Below are positions 24,127-29,780 of a stretch of 29,780 nucleotides of DNA, piece after piece. The notes under the pieces are model-generated. The model was not told the origin of the DNA. It saw nothing but the letters and a program-made list of their open reading frames with translations, and searched no databases. Source of the DNA: Fibrobacteria bacterium. Its GTDB lineage: Bacteria; Fibrobacterota; Fibrobacteria; UBA11236. A program made the position numbers and the translations under genes. The stretch covers positions 1-29,780 of the forward strand of contig JAYTHY010000082.1 of the NCBI GenBank assembly GCA_043732185.1, read 5' to 3'. Positions within the stretch are counted from its first letter, which is position 1, and every line of letters starts with the position of its first letter.

Positions 24127-25539
24127 CTACTGAATGGGTTTAACAAGTACGACTTGTTGATGGACATGGGCAGGAATCACGATTTTTCCCTGGCCATCCG
24201 GAGCAATCGTCCCCAGCTTTCGGCCATGCACGTTATAGATGTTCGCGCCATGCCCGGCTTCGGACAATAAAGTAGGCAGCCCGTTCACGGAGCCCGGTAA
24301 CAGGGTAAACAGCTTGGGTGCCATTGACCGATTGGCCATTGGCCCTTTTGGAATAACTGTGGTAGTTCCCGTCATTGCGTTCATTGTATCTGCAAAGGCC
24401 TTGCCCAGGTAGATGAAAAAACTCCCGTCGCCCCAATAATGATACGCTTGACCGGCGATGGGACCACAACTGTCCAAAGCCTGCTGCTCCGCAGGCGTGA
24501 CCGGCTTTGCGACGATATCACGTCCCGTCAACCAGGCAGCGCGGACATCCACCAGAGGCGGATATAAAAGAGGCGCAGACTCGATGGCACGCGCATTGCC
24601 TTTGAAGGTGGCCATGGTGTCAATAGAACGCTGCGCATTGCGTATCGGCAGCATTTTTCCGCTTTCATTCAGCACGCCGTTCACGCCCAACACACCGACG
24701 ACGGCTTTCATGTTTGGAGCCTTGAACTCCGTGCGCAAATCCTTAATCAAAGCAACCAGACATTTCTGGTATTCCGCAAAGGACGTACCGCCAACAACAT
24801 CGTTGTAGCCTTGGAACCACACGAACCCGGCAATTTCGTACCCGGCTTTCTCATCATAGGCGGGGAAAAGTTGTTTTAGGCTGTCAAGAACACCATGGGC
24901 CATAATGACGTATTTGCGATATTGGAAGCCAAGTGTTTTTTGGGGAACACCGTGAAAAAATACAGAGTCCGCATGCGTATTGAAAACTCTGTTGTCCGTG
25001 AGCGAATCACCCGTCAGTCCAGCACTTGGGGGACGCCAATTGTTTCGCAAGTCCGTTCCGCCAGGCCCATACTTGATCAACAGTACCTGTTCCTGATATT
25101 TTTCTCCCATGTAATAGCCAAAGCTGTATTCCGGTCCGATTTTGGTAGCACTGCCGCCAAATCCGGTTTGGAGCGTGTCATAACGGCCATCATTGCTGCC
25201 GGCAAAGCTGATGGGGTACAAGTCGTTTGGATTCCACATTTGGGCCACCCAGACATCGCTTCGGCCCACGAAAGTCTTTTCATCGGGCCTCACAAATACC
25301 TTATGCAATCCGGTAAATCCCATTTTCTGGCACCACCCGTTGACAGTGTCTTTGCCCAGAAACTTAATGGTATAGTCGTCGGCCTGACCATCCATGTTCG
25401 ACTGACCGGCCAGAAAAAAAACCTTGAGCTTGCCGGCCGCCGACACATCCCTTGCCGGCCCCATCACCAGCCCCATCGTCAAAAAGGTTCCCGCCACCAC
25501 ACCAACTAAGCTGGTCGATTTTGATTTTTTGTTTTTCAT
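24127..25539 (-). CDS. Secreted sialate O-acetylesterase/CE6-like SGNH esterase with CTD-like tail; start reassigned to ATG 25539 (MKNKK)
   Basis: Signal peptide; FFLAGQSNM, IGPEYSFG, VWFQGYND, YHY; tail NIYNVHGRKL...VVLVK. Confidence 0.82.
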   Translation of the reverse strand: MKNKKSKSTSLVGVVAGTFLTMGLVMGPARDVSAAGKLKVFFLAGQSNMDGQADDYTIKFLGKDTVNGWCQKMGFTGLHKVFVRPDEKTFVGRSDVWVAQMWNPNDLYPISFAGSNDGRYDTLQTGFGGSATKIGPEYSFGYYMGEKYQEQVLLIKYGPGGTDLRNNWRPPSAGLTGDSLTDNRVFNTHADSVFFHGVPQKTLGFQYRKYVIMAHGVLDSLKQLFPAYDEKAGYEIAGFVWFQGYNDVVGGTSFAEYQKCLVALIKDLRTEFKAPNMKAVVGVLGVNGVLNESGKMLPIRNAQRSIDTMATFKGNARAIESAPLLYPPLVDVRAAWLTGRDIVAKPVTPAEQQALDSCGPIAGQAYHYWGDGSFFIYLGKAFADTMNAMTGTTTVIPKGPMANRSMAPKLFTLLPGSVNGLPTLLSEAGHGANIYNVHGRKLGTIAPDGQGKIVIPAHVHQQVVLVKPIQ

Positions 25540-25571
25540 CGAATCTCTTTGAATGGCTCCATTAATTCGAA

Positions 25572-27674
25572 TCACTCTGGAAAGATTACGAATCTTTTCG
25601 TCACTCGTCCGAATGTCGTACCGTAAATAGTACACAGATAGATGCCCGGTTTAAGCTTTTTCCTTGGTCCAATACCAATACTCACTTTGGTTTCCTCACC
25701 CTTTAGAGTCACGGCTCGGTCCAGCAGCAGTTCGCCGCTCAGGCTGAACAATTTCACCGTAACCGTTCCGGTACCTGCGGGATCCAGAACGATTTCCGAT
25801 GAGTTGCCGCGGATGTGAATTCCAAACTCTGTAAGCGCTGCTGCTACTGACCCCTGAACCTTTGTCGTTACCTCAAAATTCTTCACAAGGAAAAAGTCGA
25901 ACATAACAGCCGATCCCGTCGCAGCTGCCCGTTTTTGCCCCGTAGCCATTAATTTAATGACATGCGGACCCGCGCTAAGCGTCGAATCCGAAAAAATAAC
26001 TTGGCGGAACATGGCGGTCGCGGAATACGAATCGTAATTGTCGAGCACCAGTGCACCATCCAGGTACACCTGGCAAATTCCCCCGTTAGGTCCTTTGCGG
26101 ATACCGACCTTTATCATGGACTTGCCGCTAAACGAGTATTGCACAAACTCACCGGTTGAATCCGCGAACTGAACTCCTCCATCGTAATCCCCATTGTTTG
26201 TCTGTCGCGCCCAGGTGCCGGAGTATGTGAGAGCACTGTCTACATTGAAGTTTTCATACTGATTGTTCGATTCCCATTGGTCCATATAGTAATAGCCGTC
26301 CACGGGCCAATGCACCAATGAGTCCCTGTACCTCAAGGCTTTCTGTCGCATCTGCGTCAATGCGGCCGTGTAGAGCGAGTTCTTGACGAGATTGGTGATT
26401 TCACCGGGGTCATTTTTCAAATCGTAAAGTTGTTCGTTATCAATGGGTTGTTTGTCGAATATGACATACTTCCATTGTGGAGTGCGCACGCCGTACATGG
26501 GGTCAAGAATGCCAGCGGCACGCTGTTCAAAATAAAACTCGTCACGCCAGGCAGGCGCGGCACCGGTCAAGAATGGATACAGGCTTTTGCCCTGATACAC
26601 AGATGGGATATTTATTCCGGCAAGCTCAACTATAGTAGGCGCTATGTCCACACCGAGCGCGATATTGGTGTTCGTGATCCCATGCTGAGCCGTGGTACGG
26701 GGGTCGTAAATAAATAGCGGGACCCGCAGGGCTTCTTCCCATCCCAGGAATTTGTCAGCCATCTGACGCTCGCCCAAAAACATTCCATTGTCGCCAGTTA
26801 AAATGAATACCGTGTTGTCAGCAATGCCCAGTGAATCCAACGTATGCCGCATCAACCCGATACACGAATCAATGTTGCTGATCATTTTAAAATAACCCTT
26901 CATCATGGTCTGATATTTGGCCGGCTCGTTGAAACGCCATTTCCAACGGTTGTGGGCTTCACAGTTTTGCAAAAACAAGGGCAGCCCCTTGAAGGTCGCG
27001 GTATCACCGATACGAGCGGGAGGGATAACGTCCTTAACGTAAAAACTATCGAAAGCGGGTGGCCAAACATACTGCGCCGACAATCCATCATCCGCATGTG
27101 GGGCATGGTAATTCACCTGCACGCAGAATGGTTTCGTTTTATAATTGGCGCGAATAAAATTGAGGGCCTTGTCCGTTTCCACATCCGTCAAATGTGTGAT
27201 TTTTCCGTTGTAGGTAAACATATACGGACTCGGAGACTGAAACCTACCGACATCATCGTACAGAGTGAACAAGCTGTCCCGAAAGGCAGGATTGACAAGC
27301 TCCGTACCGTATTTTCCAATCAATGCCGTGGCATATCCGTGTTCTTTGAGAATTTTAGGATACGCGTACCAAGCATATTGAGACGCAACATTTGGGGTGC
27401 CGGCATTGTTTCCATGGGTCCGCTCCCAAAGCCCAGTCAAAATGCAAGGACGACTGCCGAAGCAGATTGGCGTCGTCGTGTACGCATGGGTAAAGTTGAT
27501 CCCGGCCTGGGCAAGGGTAGTCATGTTCGGTGTCTTAATGATGTTGTTGGCCGTGCTCATCATATCCCAGCGGTGATCGTCGGTCAGGATAAAAACGATA
27601 TTCGGAGGGGTAGCAGCCCAGGTACTCGCACAAAACAGAAGGAGAAAACAGAATTGAGTTATTTGACGACGCAT
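25572..27674 (-). CDS. Secreted S1-family (Cys-type) sulfatase with a beta-sandwich accessory domain and T9SS-like CTD; start ATG 27674 (MRRQ)
   Basis: PNIVFILTDDHR, ICFGSR.CILTG, GKY, APH, TGDNG, DK, RVPL, QLYDLKNDPGEITNL; accessory domain YSGTW...VYLDG...GPHVIKL; tail VKLFSLSGE...LKPGIYL. Confidence 0.88.
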   Translation of the reverse strand: MRRQITQFCFLLLFCASTWAATPPNIVFILTDDHRWDMMSTANNIIKTPNMTTLAQAGINFTHAYTTTPICFGSRPCILTGLWERTHGNNAGTPNVASQYAWYAYPKILKEHGYATALIGKYGTELVNPAFRDSLFTLYDDVGRFQSPSPYMFTYNGKITHLTDVETDKALNFIRANYKTKPFCVQVNYHAPHADDGLSAQYVWPPAFDSFYVKDVIPPARIGDTATFKGLPLFLQNCEAHNRWKWRFNEPAKYQTMMKGYFKMISNIDSCIGLMRHTLDSLGIADNTVFILTGDNGMFLGERQMADKFLGWEEALRVPLFIYDPRTTAQHGITNTNIALGVDIAPTIVELAGINIPSVYQGKSLYPFLTGAAPAWRDEFYFEQRAAGILDPMYGVRTPQWKYVIFDKQPIDNEQLYDLKNDPGEITNLVKNSLYTAALTQMRQKALRYRDSLVHWPVDGYYYMDQWESNNQYENFNVDSALTYSGTWARQTNNGDYDGGVQFADSTGEFVQYSFSGKSMIKVGIRKGPNGGICQVYLDGALVLDNYDSYSATAMFRQVIFSDSTLSAGPHVIKLMATGQKRAAATGSAVMFDFFLVKNFEVTTKVQGSVAAALTEFGIHIRGNSSEIVLDPAGTGTVTVKLFSLSGELLLDRAVTLKGEETKVSIGIGPRKKLKPGIYLCTIYGTTFGRVTKRFVIFPE

Positions 27675-27759
27675 GGCAAATTCCTGGAACAATAGTTTAG
27701 GCGATTCAAATTTGTATTTGATAAATATATCCTCCGCACAGGAAACGGGTAGGAAAAAG

Positions 27760-28428
27760 CACGAACGATTTGTAGAAATGTTTAAATTACACTAAAAATT
27801 GGGCTGACATCTAGGCAAAGTGGCGCCCTCAGTAATGCTGCTTCCAATACATGTGTCATTGAAATGCCATTTCATTCAATTGGACTTCCTGATAATAATT
27901 AGTAGTCGAATTATCACACAAAACCATGCAAGAACCAGGGCCTTCCGATCTCAAAAAGTCACCCCTGGTCGTACCATTTAAAAGTCCAACTCCTCCCAAC
28001 AGGCCTAATTTAGCACGTCCGTTATTAGTGTAGGCGCCAAAATTAGCGCCAGCAAATCCATATTCCTCTCTAGGGGTATCCCCGTCATTGGCGGATTTTC
28101 CTGGAAATTCACTGTAACTAAAATACTGCAACTGCATGGCATAAGCATTGTTATAAACAAATTCACCGAAAACGCCTTTTTGAGTAAATACATTATACGT
28201 GATTCCTAAATCGAATCGAATTGGATCTTTATCGACGGAAGAGGAAGCGCCTTTTGATTCAATTAGCGAATCATTTTTCGGAAGAGGCTTTGCGCGGAAG
28301 GTGGAATCGTTTTGGCTTGAGTGTGGAAGTTTTGCAGGTTCGCTAAAAACAAGCGGCTGAGATATGCCGTTTTTCAAAAAAATCTGGGCGCAGAGAAAAA
28401 GATACATCGCGGTTTTACTATCAAACAA
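27760..28428 (-). pseudogene. Exported OMP-like hypothetical gene, open for 190 aa (27856..28428) with an apparently decayed 3' end
   Basis: GGAGG RBS and TTG start; hydrophobic N-terminus; strand-like segments; the ORF stops mid-strand, and stop-interrupted, frameshifted strand-like coding continues downstream. Confidence 0.5.
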
Positions 28429-28495
28429 AATCGCCTCCAGTGAATGACACTGAATTGGACGAATCTGGGATTCATTTAGGTATCACTTTGATGAC

Positions 28496-29176
28496 TTATC
28501 CTAACGACTGCTTTTCCATACCCACTAAGAGCTTTTTGAGGAAGATAAAATTCTCCTCATAATATTTTTGCTGACCCAAAATCTGCTTCTCTGTCTGGAC
28601 AAAAGGACCCGGAGTAATATCCGCCCGACAATTGTCCAACAATACCGCGATGCTCTCTTGAGTGGCTTCAGGGTGAAATTGCAAACCCACCACCCTCTCA
28701 CCCATAGCAAAAGCTTGTTGTCGGCAGCCCATCGACGAGGCCAAGTGAATCGCACCCTCTGGCAATTCAAAGGTATCCCCGTGCCAATGAAAAGTGGTTA
28801 GCTCCTCCATTCTTCCCACCACACGAATAGGATGCCACCCGATTTCCTTTTCAGCATTTTTATAAACGCGGGCCCCCATCACTTCCGCGAGCAGCTGCGC
28901 CCCCAAGCAAATGCCCAGCACAACCCGCCCTGCCCTCAGTGCGGCCCCCAGAGCAGCCTTCTCCACCTTGAGCCATGGAAATTGGTCTTCATTATAAACA
29001 CCCATCGGCCCGCCCAGCACAATCAACCAATCAAATTCCGAAGGATGCGGAGGAAGCTCACCGGCATAAAAACGCGTATACGAAATCCGGTGGCCACGAT
29101 CCAAAGCCCAAAACTCAATCGCACCCAACCCTTCGAAGGGGACATGCTGAAACACCTGAATCCGTAAATCGGGCAT
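28496..29176 (-). CDS. Class I glutamine amidotransferase-like protein (stand-alone, GMP-synthase-GAT-like)
   Basis: QHVPFEGLG, IVLGGPMGV, GICLGAQL (nucleophile Cys), HWHGDTF, QFHPE (His-Glu). Confidence 0.92.
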   Translation of the reverse strand: MPDLRIQVFQHVPFEGLGAIEFWALDRGHRISYTRFYAGELPPHPSEFDWLIVLGGPMGVYNEDQFPWLKVEKAALGAALRAGRVVLGICLGAQLLAEVMGARVYKNAEKEIGWHPIRVVGRMEELTTFHWHGDTFELPEGAIHLASSMGCRQQAFAMGERVVGLQFHPEATQESIAVLLDNCRADITPGPFVQTEKQILGQQKYYEENFIFLKKLLVGMEKQSLG

Positions 29177-29353
29177 GATGGACTCGGAGAAAAGTGGAAA
29201 TCAGAACATAATACTGAATACCGTAGCACAATTTAGGTATTTATCCGTCTATTCAAATTAGGCCCTAAAAGCCAAGACAGCCGGATTATAAACCTGGCCT
29301 AAGGACAACTAGATTGTATTTTTAACTAGAAGAGTCGCATACAAGGAGTACCC

Positions 29354-29780
29354 ATGAAAAAAAGCATCCTTTGCCTTATCGCCACCCTGGCCCTATCAGG
29401 ACAAGCCCTCCACGCCGAAAACGTAAACCTGGCGGAAACCCCCGAAACAACCAGTGTTTCCCTTTCGCCCTACAGCTTCGGATTTGGAGGCGGTGTGATT
29501 ACAGCGCTCAACCCGGAGTTGAAAAAAGAAAGTCCCGCCTTCCTAAAAATGTCCATCATCCAGTCCATCACCTTTGCAGAACGATGGAATATGGGCCTCG
29601 ACATCGACTGGCTGGTACCTGGCCAGAATTGGGGCGGAGAAATGTCCATCGATTACCTGATGGGCGCCGGTTCCTTCCAACCCTTTGTCGGCGCAGGCGG
29701 CGGCTTCCGCTATTTTGACAAAACCGGAACCGATTTCGGACATGACATCGGAGCCTCCGGTACTGTCCACGTCGGAATGC
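29354..29780 (+). CDS. Putative small outer-membrane beta-barrel protein, truncated by the window end (absent from the ORF track)
   Basis: AAGGAG RBS then ATG; translation MKKSILCLIATLALSGQALHA-ENVNL...SPYSFGFGGGV...FQPFVGAGGGFRYF...; frame open to the window edge. Confidence 0.75.
   Translation, partial: MKKSILCLIATLALSGQALHAENVNLAETPETTSVSLSPYSFGFGGGVITALNPELKKESPAFLKMSIIQSITFAERWNMGLDIDWLVPGQNWGGEMSIDYLMGAGSFQPFVGAGGGFRYFDKTGTDFGHDIGASGTVHVGM

Noticed and set aside
26844..27695. 283-aa plus-strand ORF (likewise 2218..2886, 11598..12305, 21437..22108, 24895..25509)
   Set aside because: Antisense shadows of recognisable genes, with no motifs of their own.
27800..27858. In-frame TGA codons as evidence for recoding (Trp, Gly or Sec)
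   Set aside because: TGA is an ordinary stop for tig, aguB, the CAAX gene and the sulfatase, and this tail also contains TAG/TAA and a frameshift; decay is the simpler explanation.
29371..29718. 115-aa ORF listed in the track
   Set aside because: Wrong frame; the frame starting at ATG 29354 has a strong RBS, signal peptide and OMP-like strands.

Overview
Chromosomal segment of what looks like an FCB-group bacterium, most likely a flagellated Fibrobacterota. This is inferred from a SprA/T9SS translocon, T9SS-like C-terminal tails and the PYKYxPDxKxxGEYLFRS barrel family occurring together with flagellar genes. Left to right: tig, tRNA-Leu(TAG) and an RNase E/G gene (all minus); a minus-strand cassette of two tandem paralogous putative outer-membrane barrels plus a secreted DUF1080-like protein with a CTD; a 2184-aa sprA; rsmA/ksgA; and a stand-alone fliD-fliS-fliT-like operon with a sigma-28-type promoter. 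Divergent from fliD is a short sigma-70 factor gene with a clear sigma-54 promoter and two GTCA-N7-TGAC enhancer-like boxes. Further right are an M32 carboxypeptidase, aguB-aguA-CAAX protease, a secreted sulfatase and esterase pair with CTDs, a decayed OMP-like gene, a class I glutamine amidotransferase and a truncated OMP gene missing from the ORF track. No CRISPR array, IS element or prophage was seen. The best candidates for undescribed biology are (1) a sigma-54 to alternative sigma-70 cascade sharing a regulatory region with flagellar class-3 genes and (2) a non-SusCD twin-barrel plus secreted DUF1080 cassette next to sprA. All family calls come from motif recognition by eye; no database searches were run.
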